Shown piece by piece: positions 25,267-37,636 of a stretch of DNA of 64,000 nucleotides. The DNA is from Blepharisma stoltei ATCC 30299 (lineage: Eukaryota; Protista; Ciliophora). The position numbers and the translations under genes were made by a program. The notes below the pieces were generated by a model, which saw only the letters and a list, made by a program, of their open reading frames with translations, was not told where the DNA came from and did not search any database. Positions within the stretch are counted from its first letter, which is position 1. Every line of letters starts with the position of its first letter. The DNA is taken from contig CBFDEM010000034.1 in the NCBI GenBank assembly GCA_965603825.1, positions 310,001 through 374,000 on the forward strand, written 5' to 3'.

Positions 25267-26973
25267 ATGAGTTCAAAATTCGCGCTCATCAGCAAAAATA
25301 TAATTTCTTCCGAGTATCCTTTACATAGCTTTCAACTCCCTATCCATGGTGCTATAATAATTGAAGATGGACTTATCTTAGACATAATGCCCTATAGCAA
25401 AAGCATAGAAAATTATTTACAGCAGACTTGCATAGTTGAAGACCTAGGCGAGCTTTTCATATCGCCAGGCATCATAGATTTAAACGTCTCATTTGGCTAT
25501 GATGGGCAATTAATTACAACAAAATCCGCTTTATCAGGCGGGGTCACTTGTATAGCATCTTGCGAAAAAATAATAGAGGATATCTATACAGATATCGCTC
25601 CTCTAGTCTATCTTTCTGATGAAAATTTGCAAGATCTCCCAAATTTAATTTCCAGCGGAATTTTTGGCTTCAAAGCTGTAATGGTCCCCCAAAACTACAA
25701 TTTTCCTATAATAAATTCCCATATAGAAGAAGCTTTAAAGATCATAGGGAATTCTCTTCCTATTTTCGTCCATCCTGAGTTTTTTACTGTAAAATCTCTT
25801 ATGGAGATCGCCCCACACCGATGCATTATTCCTGAAGAATTCCCATCAACCCCTTCAGACTGTAAAATAGGCGAACATCCTGATACAGAAGAAAGATTTT
25901 CGTCTGAGGACGAAATTTTGCCTTTTTCTTATTCTCCAAATAGCACTCCGACCACTAAAGATATTGGAGGGATAAGGAGGACTTCTTTTAAGATCCCAAC
26001 GATTATTCATCCATTTGAAATGAGTCCACCTAAAAGCCCAGATAAGAAAAGAGGCAGTTTGCCTTGTGTTTTAAGTGTAATTGAAGAGAAAAATAAAAAT
26101 GAGGAGCAAGAAGAGCATAAAAAGTCCCCAAAAATATCAGAAAGACACTCGATTTTGTGTACAGTAGAGGGTTATTCAAAACCAATGCCAATACAGGATT
26201 TAAAGTGCATTAAAAAAGAAGCTAATTTTGATTATAATTTGCAGCATGTAGAAAGCTTTCCTGTGGAATGAGAAATTGAAGCTGTAAATAGAATACTGAA
26301 CCATGCAACTATGGAGGCAAAAATCCACTTTTTAAATGTCAGCTCAAGCACTGCTATTGAGCTTATTAAAAGCAATAAAACATCTTATAGTCACTTAACT
26401 TGTGAAACTTCTACACCCTATTTGTATTTTGATACATCCAGCATCAAGCAGAGGGATGGTAGATATAAGGTAAATCCTCCTATTCGGGACGCCAAAAACA
26501 ACAGTTTGTTATGAAATTTATTAATGAGCCAGACTATTGACTCTCTATCAAGCTACCACCAGCAATTTCCTCCATTACAAAAATTAGGGGAATTTAATGA
26601 AGCATCTAATGGAATTTCTTCAATTGGGTACTTATTACCGGCAGTTTGGACCAAGCTAAAAAGAATTGTCCCAGCAGAATTTGAAAAGGAAGCCCTTGTA
26701 AAGCTATCTAATTGGCTTTCTAATAATCCTGCGAATATTTTGGGGATTAATAGAAAAGGGTGCATTAGGCGTGGAAAGCATGCAGATTTAGTTGTTTGGG
26801 ATCCTTATGAGAAATTTACTGTAGAAAAGAGTGAAAATTCTTTGGATGTTTCACCATTTGTGGGGGAAGAACTTTATGGAGTTGTGCTCAGGACTTATGC
26901 GAGGGGAAAGTTAGCTTTCAGTAAGTGTACTAAGCTATCATTTCCAATTGGAAAAGTGTTGAAAAAAGATTAA
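25267..26973 (+). CDS. Allantoinase/dihydroorotase-like amidohydrolase-fold protein, paralog 1, probably catalytically dead
   Basis: 'PGIID', 'GGVT', 'GFKA', 'KVNPPIRD', 'NPANILG', 'KGCIRRGKHADLVVWDP'; two TGA align with TGG Trp of paralog 2; probable intron 25314-25328. Confidence 0.88.
25314..25328 (+). other. Stop-free 15-nt intron (inferred from paralog)
   Basis: GTATCCTTTACATAG at the same position and phase as the obligatory intron of paralog 2. Confidence 0.75.
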
Positions 26974-27335
26974 ATTTAAAATTTTAATGTAAAAATGAAT
27001 TTTTACATAATAAGCTAATATTTTTACCTAAAATGAAGTACTAACTGATTACTCAGCTGCATAATATTCATATTTTGGTTGTTTAGCTATCTCTTATATA
27101 TCCTAGACTGACAAATCTTAGGCTCATTCTTACAATATTTCTATTTCATAATCTTTTTCCTACAAATTATACACTTTTCTTAATCCTACATACAATTCCA
27201 CCAAATTCAGCCTAAAATTTGCTTATATCATTCAAAATCCCCAGCCTTATTTTCTATTTCCTAATCCCTATTAAGATACTCTGGATATGTATCCTTTCAG
27301 TCCGAATTTTGGATCGGGCAATAATAATAAAATCG

Positions 27336-29051
27336 ATGAGTTCCAGGCTCGCACTTATAAGCAAAAATATCATATGTGAAGGGTAAATCCTATTTAGCTC
27401 CCGTCAGCCCTATCATGGATTTATCTTGGTCGAAGACGGTACAATTTCCCAAATCCTCCCTTATAATAAAGATACTTATGATACTCTTATGGAAGAGTAC
27501 CTCGTAGAGGATCTAGGCGATCTTTTCATATCTCCCGGGCTGATAGATTTAAATGCATCTTTTGGCTGTGAAGGGGTCTCAGTCACAACCAAGGCTGGGC
27601 TTAGTGGAGGAGTTACATGCATTTCAACGACTGACAAACTTGACGGTGAAATTTACACTGATATAGCACCTTTGGTACAAATTTCAGACGATAAGATCGA
27701 AGAAATTCCTAGCCTTATTAATGGTAATGCTTTTGGGTTGAAAGCATTTTTAGTCCCACAAGGCCCAGAAACGCAAATTTTGACAAAAATTGAAGAAGTC
27801 TTGAGGGCGGCTGGGGAAAATTTCCCGATCTTTATACACCCGGAGTTTACAAGTCATAAGGAGCTGCTGGAGAATACACCGTTTAGAATGGTGGAACCTG
27901 AAGAAAGAGGTAGAATGCCATCAGAATTTAAGATTGAGGAGTTTCCGGAAAGTGAGGAATCAAGCTCTAGCAGTGATGAAGAAATTCAGCCTTTTGATTA
28001 TACCCCTGATGAAAGCCCTACAACCAAAGATGCAGGCGGAATCCGCAGAACTTCATTTAAAATTCCTGTCGTAATTTCTCCATTTGAACTTTCTCCAAGA
28101 AAAAGCCCTGACAAAAAGCGTGGATCTTTGCCTAACGTTTTAAGTATCATCCAAAATCGACATCCAGCTGAAGAAATAAAAATCACTCCAAATAAAACAA
28201 AAGAAAAAAGGCACTCAATTTTGTGTACTTTAGGGACAAAAAATAAGCCAATTCCTCCACAGGATTTGCCGTTTATGAAAAGAGGCAGCATTAGCTCAGA
28301 GTCTTATAAATATCATATCAAAACCTTTCCAGAAAACTGGGAAACGGACGCTGTCGAAAAAGTCTTAAGCTTAAATATCAAGGCAAAAATTCATTTTTCT
28401 AACGTCTGCTCTAACAAAGCTATAGAGCTTATTAGAACCTACAGAGACTCCTACCCACACCTTACTTGTGAGTCTTCTTTACCTTATTTATATTTTTCAA
28501 ATGAAGACGTAAAGCCAGGAGATACACGCTACAAGCTAAACCCACCAATAAGGGACAGCAAGAATTTCAAGCTTTTATGGGACTCTTTAAAACTCCGCTA
28601 TATAGACTCTATATCAAGCTACCATCAGCCTGTGTCTCCTCCTCAAAAATTTTTAGGGGATTTTAGAAGAGCTGTTAATGGAGTATCAAGTATGGGCTAT
28701 TTGCTACAAGGTATATGGACAAAACTCAAAGCTGATGTAAGGGAGGATAATGAAAAATCATTTTTAGTTTTAATGTCTCAGTGGGTTTCTCAGGTTCCTG
28801 CAGAAATTTTAGGATTGAAAAATAAAGGATCAATTTCTGCTGGAAAAGATGCTGATTTTGTTGTATGGGACCCTTATCAGAAATTTGAAGTAAAATCAAC
28901 TGAAAATATCCCTTCAGAGATGTCACCACTGATAGGAGAAGAACTTTATGGAAAAGTGATGAGGACTTATATTAGAGGTAAATTAGCATTTAATGAAAAT
29001 ACAAGGATGGTTTGTGCAGTTGGAGAGGTGCTGAGGAGAAACGATAAATAG
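27336..29051 (+). CDS. Allantoinase/dihydroorotase-like amidohydrolase-fold protein, paralog 2, probably catalytically dead
   Basis: ATG 27336 (MSSRLALISKNII, homologous to paralog 1 start); intron 27383-27397; 'KLNPPIRD', 'KGSISAGKDADFVVWDP'. Confidence 0.9.
27383..27397 (+). other. 15-nt intron
   Basis: GTAAATCCTATTTAG, carries in-frame TAA. Confidence 0.88.
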
Positions 29052-29171
29052 TTAATTTGGATATAATAAATGCTTATAGCTTATAAGTATAAAGTAGATA
29101 ATGAATATGGACTTAGAAATCTATTGTATTTGCAAAATCAGAAATTAATTTTTGTATAATTGGCGATTAAA

Positions 29172-29963
29172 ATGGAAATTGGCAATAAGTGCGAACTTTA
29201 TGGACCTTGTGACCTTCCAGTAAAAATTAAGTGCTTTTGCACTAAACCAGAGCTATATATCTGTATTAAGCATATCGGATATCATATGATGGAGCCAGGA
29301 TTGCACAACTTTGAAAATCTTTATACTAGGATAAATATGCAAACTAAAATCGAAGTTTTCAAATACCTTTCTAAGCAAATAAAAGAGCTAGAAGATCTAA
29401 AATCTGATATAATTAGAAAAGTTTTTTTATCTATCAAAGAAATACATCTGCAATTAGAAAAATTTGTAAAAGATGTAGATTGCCATATAAAATGATCAAG
29501 AGATGTAATTCGAAAAGTTAGCTACTTAGAAGAATTGCCAAAAGCAGATTATACATTCGAGTATTTTAAGCTGACTCTTGATAAAGCATTAGAGTATCTG
29601 CAAGCAAATAATCCATTGAAAATTCTTTTGCCTGGGAAAATATTAAATCAGATATATAATCCTGTGTTTGAATATAACTGTGAGAAAATTGATTTAGTAA
29701 AAGAAGTGTATAAAGCTAGAGAAGAAGCAAAAAAAGAAAAGGAAGAATTACAAAAAATGAAAGATATAGCAAAAAAAGCAACGAAAAAAGTAAATGAGTT
29801 ATATGAAGATTACGAATATTTGCAAAAAAATCTTAGGAATTCAGAAGAGCTTGTTAAAGATGTATATTTAATCATGAAAAAATGTCCCAAATGCTATCGA
29901 AGACTTAAAAAAGATGATTATATAACTCAATTAGAAAGCTATTTAGAATCATCAGAATGCTAA
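29172..29963 (+). CDS. B-box-like Cys/His zinc finger plus coiled-coil protein
   Basis: N-terminal C-x5-C-x7-C-x-C-x7-C-x2-H-x3-H-x6-H; TGA=Trp 29493-29495; coiled-coil C-half; ends TAA. Confidence 0.75.
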
Positions 29964-30303
29964 TTAATATATTGCTTTTAGTCAAGAAATGAGTTTAGAT
30001 TAAATATGTTCAATGGTAATTTATCATTGATTTAGAGATATAAGACAATATGCAATTTTAATTAATTATAAATTTATTGTTAAACAATTCTGAGAGAATT
30101 TCTGCCAAATTCGCTTATTCGTAAACCCTCTTTCCTCAAAAATTTTTGCATACAATTTTAATGCAATAAATTCCTTATTGTTCAACTATCATTCTGAATC
30201 TCTGTACCCCTCTTTCATAAACGCATTACTGATGCAAAAATTCTAGCTAAATTATAAGCCATTAAAAATCCTTATCAGCATGCACTTTCCATAATTATTG
30301 CAA

Positions 30304-30813
30304 ATGCTGTCAAACTTTTCCCGTCGATTCTTAAGAGTCGGACAAAAAGTCCCCAAATCCAAAGCTGTTCTTGTCGTCAAGAAAGACGGAAAATTCCAAA
30401 TTGATAAAGACGCAGATGTAGCAAGATTGCTTGAAAGGAAAAAAGCTGTGATTATTGGATATCCAGGAGCTTTTACACCCGTGTGTACCTCAAGACATCT
30501 CCCAGGGTTCATAAACATGCTGACTGAATTCCATAATAAAGGCTGCGACGTTTATGCATTGTCAATTAATGATCCATGGGTCGTCAAAGCTTATGCTGAA
30601 AGCCTTGGAGGAGAGCTGAAATATATTGCAGATGCTGTAGGAGATTTAACACAGTTAATAGAAGGAGGGTTTGATTTTGGAGACGAACTTGGATATAGGA
30701 CCAGAAGATTTTCTGTAGTCATTGAAAACGGGGAAATTAAAGAAATTAATGATGAGCAAGGAGGAGAGTTAACAGATAAAGCTACAGCAGAAAATACCAT
30801 AAAACAAGTTTAA
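30304..30813 (+). CDS. Type II peroxiredoxin (PRX5-like), probable mitochondrial presequence
   Basis: 'PGAFTPVCTSRHLPGF', 'SINDPWV', 'RTRRFS'; basic N-terminus MLSNFSRRFLR. Confidence 0.92.
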   Translation: MLSNFSRRFLRVGQKVPKSKAVLVVKKDGKFQIDKDADVARLLERKKAVIIGYPGAFTPVCTSRHLPGFINMLTEFHNKGCDVYALSINDPWVVKAYAESLGGELKYIADAVGDLTQLIEGGFDFGDELGYRTRRFSVVIENGEIKEINDEQGGELTDKATAENTIKQV

Positions 30814-31004
30814 ACTAAGATGATTTCGATTTTAAAGAATTTCATTTAATTATAAGTTTCTGGATTTTTCTTTGTTATAAGCAAAAATTAATGATTTTTT
30901 TGAAATTTTAAAGATGCATTTATCAATCTAGTAAAAAATCAAAAAATATTTAACTTTTAATATGCCGCATTGAATTGTCTTTAAATAATTTTATAGAATA
31001 AAAA

Positions 31005-31224
31005 TATAAATTCATTGGACTTGTCAAAATACTTAAAAATTTTTTCATCACTTTTGGCAAAGAACTCCAATTTTATATACTTAAAAACTTCAGGGAAATA
31101 TGGTGAAACTCAATCCCTGGTACAATTATATGGGGATTCCTTCACTTTTGAGCAAATCCCGACGCGCAGCTGCATATTCATTTCAGAGAAAAAGGTTATG
31201 ATCAATTCTATCTACGCATATCAT
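31005..31224 (-). pseudogene. Dual-specificity phosphatase (DUSP) N-terminal pseudogene fragment
   Basis: Across two frameshifts: MICVDRIDHNLFL[TGA]NEYAAARRDLLKSEGI / HIIVPGIE / SPYFPEVFKYIKLEF…KIFKYFDKSNEFI, colinear with the DUSP N-half; no HCxxGxxR loop follows. Confidence 0.7.
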
Positions 31225-31556
31225 TTTAATTCTTTTTTATACTAATTTTAGGATTTTAATTTCTGTTCTATGCATTTTAATTTTAAACTTATTATCTCGT
31301 ATTTTCCGAATAATTGCTTTAGAAAGTTGCTTCGTATTTTTGTTTACAATTTTTAAAACTTAATTGGAAATTAAGTCTAAATTTAAAAATTTTTAATAAT
31401 CATTTTTAAAATTTTTCAAACAAAGAAGATATATAAATTTTAAATATTATTTATTCTGCTTCTTTTTAGCGTTATTGCCTATTTTAGAAAATACTTTATA
31501 AATAGCAAAGTTAATTAGGCCAAATTATACATTTTTTTAAGTTTATATTACTGATT

Positions 31557-34500
31557 TTATGACCCCTGAATAATAGCAGCTCCTGACCCTACAGGAATAT
31601 CTTCATAATAATGATACAACACTGATGAAGGCACTGTAGTTTTAGTAATCGATGAAGATTCCCACTGAAAATGAATATAAGAGTCTCCCTCCACATTATA
31701 ATACTTTATTTGAATTTCCACCACTTGGTTTGCTTTTAAGCTGGCCGAATATGAACTTTGTTGGTTTGTATCAATAACAACTTCATTATTAAATGAAAGC
31801 GATGCCCAATCACTAGCATTTAAATAAAAAGTATAATAAGTGTCGCTGCTAGAAACCAAAGCTCCATCCCATATCACACTTATATCGCTACTTGACCCTC
31901 AATCAAAATCAATATTTCCATCAATAACATTTTCTGAAATAGGTTCTTCAAAATCAGAATTACTATAATAAAGCCCATTTAACCCTTGCACAAGTGTATA
32001 TGCATATAATTGCAAATTTGTCTTAAAATCACATAAATAGCTTGCACTCGTTGAGGATGATCCACAGAAGCTATTTAAATCTAATTTAGACGTATCATAA
32101 ACAGCACTAGCGCTATATTGCCCTGATGATGAATCTATAGCAGTAACAGTAAATTCCAAAGGGCTAAAATTAGGGTTGTCTTCTTTATCTAAATATACAT
32201 CTCATATTGGTGAACTTGTATAAGCATTATTATAAAGGTCTTTTAAATATAAATCTACAAGAATTGTGCTGCCAGAAGTAGCTGTTGATGGAGCTGCTAA
32301 TTGAGATAGGCTCATTGATAGTAAAGCTGGAGTAATAGTTATTTGAAAGGTTTTTCCTGTATCTTCACTGTCAATTGTTGCAGAAACTGTATAGGTTCCT
32401 GTAAGATAAATAATATAATTTGCTATATAATATTCATTATGATAATTCTTTATAGATATTTGGCTTGAAGAGACAGTGCTAGTTCCAGACATAGAAATAG
32501 AGACCACATCATTAGAAGAAACTTCGAAGTTTCCATATGTGTCATAGGTAAGTATATAAATTGAGCCTTGACCTCCTGCAGTGCAGCTGCTTAAACCAAT
32601 AATTTGAGTTTTAGTAGGATCAGTGATCCCAGCTATTACTTTTATTGAAATACTCGTCACCAAACTTTCAACAGAATTTACCTGCAAATAAATAGTCATA
32701 TTATAAATTCCTGCAATTTGAGGTAAAAATGATAAGGTATAATATCCTGCTGACTGATTTTGTATAGTAACAGTCACTGTTGTTGAGTCCATAACTAAAC
32801 TTGCACTGAAAACATCAGTTGTGGTTACTTGAATATTCCCATATTTATCTCTTGCTTCAATTGTAATCATTTTTTCTATCCCTGCTTCAGCTTGATTTAT
32901 AGGCAAACTATCCCCAGAATACTGATAAATTTTGCAGCTGGATGGATCTGTGCTTGCTGGTACCAACTGGAACCCATAATTCGTCAATAATTTATAGTCA
33001 GCTTGGTAGCATTGAGAATTAATCCCATCAAAATTATAATACAAATTTTCAGCCAAAAAATCCAAAGTATCTTGCTTAGCTTGATATCATAGCAATACCA
33101 AGCTATATGCCCCACTTTGTGTTAAAAATGATAAATCAAGGTAAAATTTATTATCATTTATAGTCGCAATTTTGTCAATATTTTGTACCCCAGTGATTCT
33201 TCCATAGAAATACTGAGAAGATGTGTCGATTGAGCTTATATTTGATATAAGATTTCCATATAAATCATAAGAAGAGATATAAAGGGTAAAGCTTGCCACT
33301 GTAGACGTTGAGGAATAAGAGCTGATTGTGGCTGCTGATGCGCAGACTTGGCTGTGAATTGTGGTAAATTTTACGCTGGAGCCAGAAATTTCAGCACTAT
33401 TTAAATAGACTTTTACTGTATAAGTATCAACGGTTTTTGGGGTAAAAATCAATGAATATATCCCATTACCGTTATTTACTAAGGTAGGACTGATGGCAGC
33501 TCCAGTTAAGCCTGTAATTGTAGCTGTAAAGGTATCTGAGGAGTCTATTCTTATATTAGAATATTGGTCTTTTGAAGTAATAGTACCTGTTGTTTGGTTT
33601 CCAGCAAAAATCTGGGTAGGAATCCCTGATAGTGTTGTGGTGGATGAGCTTGAGGTTAATGCAGGCAAAATGGTAAAAGTGCTTGAAGAAGGTAACGAGG
33701 AACCGTTTATTGTTCCAGATATTGAGTAAACCCCACTTTTTGTTATTGTAAAACTAATTGTAAAAACACCTGGAGAATAGTTTATAAAAGTGGCAGTGAC
33801 TGTAGAAGCTCCTATAGCTTGAATTTGATATGAAGAAACTGAAGTAATTAAAAGATTGTTATAATACACATCCCGAGCCTGAAAATAAACTGAAAACACC
33901 GTTCCTGCATATCCTTGATATGAAGAAAATTGAATCGCAGAGTGTTCTACATTAAGGCTATTAGGCTGTACTTTCAAATTCATAGGAAAATCTTTCATTA
34001 GCCCTTGGTTTATATAAATATTTGCCTGATAATTCCCAGCCCTGAATATCTGGAAAGTGATATCAGGGTAATTATAAGTCCCAGAATAATTTTCCCCATA
34101 CACTTCAGTCCAGTTACTCGGCTGAGCAACACCAATAGAGCTTGTATAGTCATTATTATCAACAAAAGTGATTTGCAGGTCCAAAATATCATTGCTGCTT
34201 GTAATTGTATTTAAATAAGCATCTATTGCAACAAAAGTGGATATATATTTATCTCCAGCTGTAAGGGTGGATGAAATTATTGAAGAAAAATCCGTATAGG
34301 AGTTATCGATACTTATGGGGCCAGGATTTACAGTAACAGATATTGGAGAATTTTTTATTTGGCTGCCATAAAGTGTGATTTTTAAGGTATAGGTTCCAGA
34401 TGTAGTTAAAATATAGTTAGCGATAGATTTTCCATTTCCACTATACACACTTTGGAAATTCAATGTAGCTGGCCCTGAAAAGGAAACTGAGTAGACATCA

Positions 34501-36017
34501 TTTGTATTATCAAGCAAATTCCCATCTGCGTCAGCTGAATAAATCGATATCTTATTAGTAATTCCCGCATTTACTGTATTTTCAGCCTCAAAATAACAAT
34601 ACTGTGGAGAGCTAGTCCCTATCCCTATTTCTTGTAGCCAAGGTGACCCATTCACCCTTATTGGATAATAAAAAGCATTTGACGGGATCGTTTCTGAAGC
34701 TTGTGACTGGCTGCTTCACCCCAGCCAAATATTCGCTGACCCTTCAATTTGTTTAAATTCCAATTGTATATAAGTATAAACTCCTTTTGTAAATGTATAG
34801 TTTACTGATGAATTTTTTACGGCATTGCTCCAGTTGTCAATCATAAGGTCGTTATCTATATAAAGTCTGGCAAAATCGTCAGAAAATAAGTAAATAGTGT
34901 ATTCTTCGCTATAATCAGCCAATAAAAAGCCAAACCATTTAATAGTGATAAAGTTGGAGGCGTCTGGAGTGATAAGGGTACCTAATGGTCAGGACATATT
35001 GAGATAAGAGTCCTCTCTTTCCATTGTAGGGCTTTGGTAAAACCAGATATTTTGCCAATAGTCACCTAAAATTCCATATTCAGTTAGCTGTAAGACTGAC
35101 ATTGTGTAGGGGCCGGGCAAGATAGGGGTATAGCTAGCTGTCATTGTCCCGTCTGTATTGTCGCTAAATACTACATAAGCTGGTTTTTCTAATAAATCAC
35201 TAACATAATTTGGATCAGTTGAGTTCACTCTTATGCATTCATATCCATAATTAACACTACAAACATCTCTGACTTCTAATAAAAGGATTGCAGGATTTAT
35301 GACTACATTTCCACCAGAATCTAATAGATTTACAGTGACAGATAGAGAAGATTGGGAAACTGGGTTTTTTGAGACACTTATTGTGGAAACAGCTGGATCA
35401 GCTACTTGAGTTAGAAAAACAGTGATATATAAGCTCCCTGGAGAAGATCCTACTGAATTATAGCTTTGGACTATATAAATATAAGAAATTCCATATTCCA
35501 CAGTATCTGTATAGTTCGTAATTGTTGGGTCTGTGATTGATGCAATTAATTCTCATACATCACTTTTTCTGTTAATAGAATAGCCTATAATAGCTGATCC
35601 ACCGTTATCTATTCCTGCTGCATCTCATAGCAATGTGACCTGCTTAAGCTTATGTGTATAAGTTAGAGAATTCACGTCAGCAGGTGTTCCTGCACAAAGT
35701 AAAGTAACACTGGTGGAGTTTTCTGAATTTTGGCCTCCTTCTATTGCGTAGTAATAAGCTTTTAAGCTACTCCCATCATTTGTGCTGCATTTTATTTGGC
35801 CTTGAGTCTTAGATGTCATGGGCAAAAAATAAGTTTTACCTTGATAATCATACATAACTTGATACTTTGGAGATGATCCTGAATAAGCAGATCAGGTAAA
35901 CTCAATGATATTATTTGTGCGATCATATGAGCTTCAAGTTATAGGTGAAGGTGATGCTGTTTAAAAATTACAAGCTTTTGAAATACCCAAAATAGTGAAA
36001 AAGAAAAGCAAAATCAT
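31557..36017 (-). CDS. Large secreted protein (~1481 aa): signal peptide, FN3, PA14, filamin/Ig-like repeats, C-terminal PA14; one intron
   Basis: Seven ORF pieces in one frame joined by TGA; intron 35957-35971; FN3 'W…DNGGSAIIGY'; PA14 'SDDFARLYIDNDLMIDNW' and 'ASDWASLSFNNEVVID'; repeats 'ARDxYxN … GxYxxxF'. Confidence 0.87.
35957..35971 (-). other. 15-nt intron (CAG acceptor)
   Basis: GTAATTTTTAAACAG, carries an in-frame TAA just after the signal peptide. Confidence 0.85.
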
Positions 36018-36526
36018 ATTTAATTAATATTTTTAGAAGTAGCTTATCCTTGAGGTAATAGAGTGTGATTTTTTATAAGAAACTTCATTAATTGCAAGAG
36101 AAAATTCGGGCATTAAATTAATTAATTAATTAAATAATTATTGTGAAACAGAATAATGCTTTATATTACTTATAAGAAAATTGTTAAATTCAACACTAAG
36201 TTGGAAGGTTTTTGATATAGGCTATAAAGTCTAATTAAAATATATTTTATTTCACAGTATATAAAATCAGTACTACTTCCTTACTTTTTAGCTTTAAAAT
36301 AATTGAAAACACTATAAATTTTTTATTTTTTACTTATAATTTATTCTATGCTCTTAAAAATACCAATTATTTAGCATAATAGATACGCAGAATCTGTAGC
36401 CTATTTTCTAATAAAATTTCTTATTCCCATCATATTTTCTTACTCTTTATAAAATCTGCATAATATTTCCAATAATTTTCCTTAATAGTTATTAACCTGA
36501 TTTTTCTATTATAATTTCTAATTCAA

Positions 36527-37636
36527 ATGGGTTCATCTTGTTCATGCGTTGACTCCCACGTATCTACGAATCAAGAAATAGGAATAATGAATGAAGAGTC
36601 AATACTAATAAAAAAGAATACAGAAAAAGTTTCAACTGAAAATCAATTTACAACTTACACCAGTTTAACCATAACATTGCCAGAGTTACCTTCGCCAGTA
36701 AGGACTCAAGCTGTTTTTCGTGGCTATATGGCTAGAAATTATGTAAAAAATCTTTTTGAAGACCAAAAATCAAATATCACGAAAAGTCTTAAACGGGAAG
36801 CCCTTCAAGAGCTCCAAGGCGAAATTCCTGACTATTCAAATTCTGCCACAATGGCTGCTTTGCACAAATTTGGGCCTTTTAAATATGACACTCCTGCTCA
36901 GGAATACACTCGAACTCCTAAAAAAGGCCCAGTTTTGCTTGAAAATGGTGAAATTTATATTGGAGAATGGAATGAAAAGAACGAAAGGCACGGAAAAGGC
37001 CAGCAGCTGCTAAAAGATGGATCAGTTTACGAAGGATACTGGAAAAATGACATGGCAAATGGCCAAGGAAGGCTTATTCATGGTGACGGAGACGTATATG
37101 AAGGCTCCTGGCTTAATGACAAAGCCCACGGCTACGGAACTTACACCCATATTGATGGCGCCCAATATGCAGGAACCTGGGAAGAAGACAAACAGCACGG
37201 CAGTGGCTTAGAAACCTGGCCAGACGGCGCAAAATATGAGGGGAGCTACTCACATGGAAAAAAGCACGGAAAAGGCAAATTTTATTGCGCAGACGGAAAT
37301 TTATATGAAGGGGATTTCCAGGACAATAATTTGCATGGGTTTGGGACTTTTACCTGGAATGACGGAAGAAGATATGTAGGGGAGTGAAAAAGCAATCGGA
37401 TGAATGGAAAAGGAACATTCACGTGGCCTGATGGAAGGTGCTATGAGGGGGATTATGTTGATGATAAAAAACAAGGGTATGGAATTTTTAAATGGCCTGA
37501 TGGAAGAGTGTATGAAGGAGCTTGGTTTAATGGGAAACAGCATGGAAGAGGGACTTATCAAGCTTCGGTGAGGGGTGAAAAGAAAGAAGGGGAGTGGAAA
37601 GAAGGGAAAAGGCTAAAAGATCCTTCTGAAAGTTAA
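36527..37636 (+). CDS. MORN-repeat protein with IQ motif and N-terminal acylation motif
   Basis: MGSSCSC; IQ-like '[11 protein letters not shown]'; about ten YEGxW..xxxHGxG repeats; TGA at a repeat Trp (37385-37387). Confidence 0.93.

Noticed and set aside
27283-27318. Small inverted repeats upstream of allantoinase-like paralog 2
   Set aside because: Stems of only 5-6 bp, not conserved upstream of paralog 1.
36111-36140. (TAAT)n run, and the (AT)n run near 4164-4179
   Set aside because: Short low-complexity tracts expected in AT-rich spacers.
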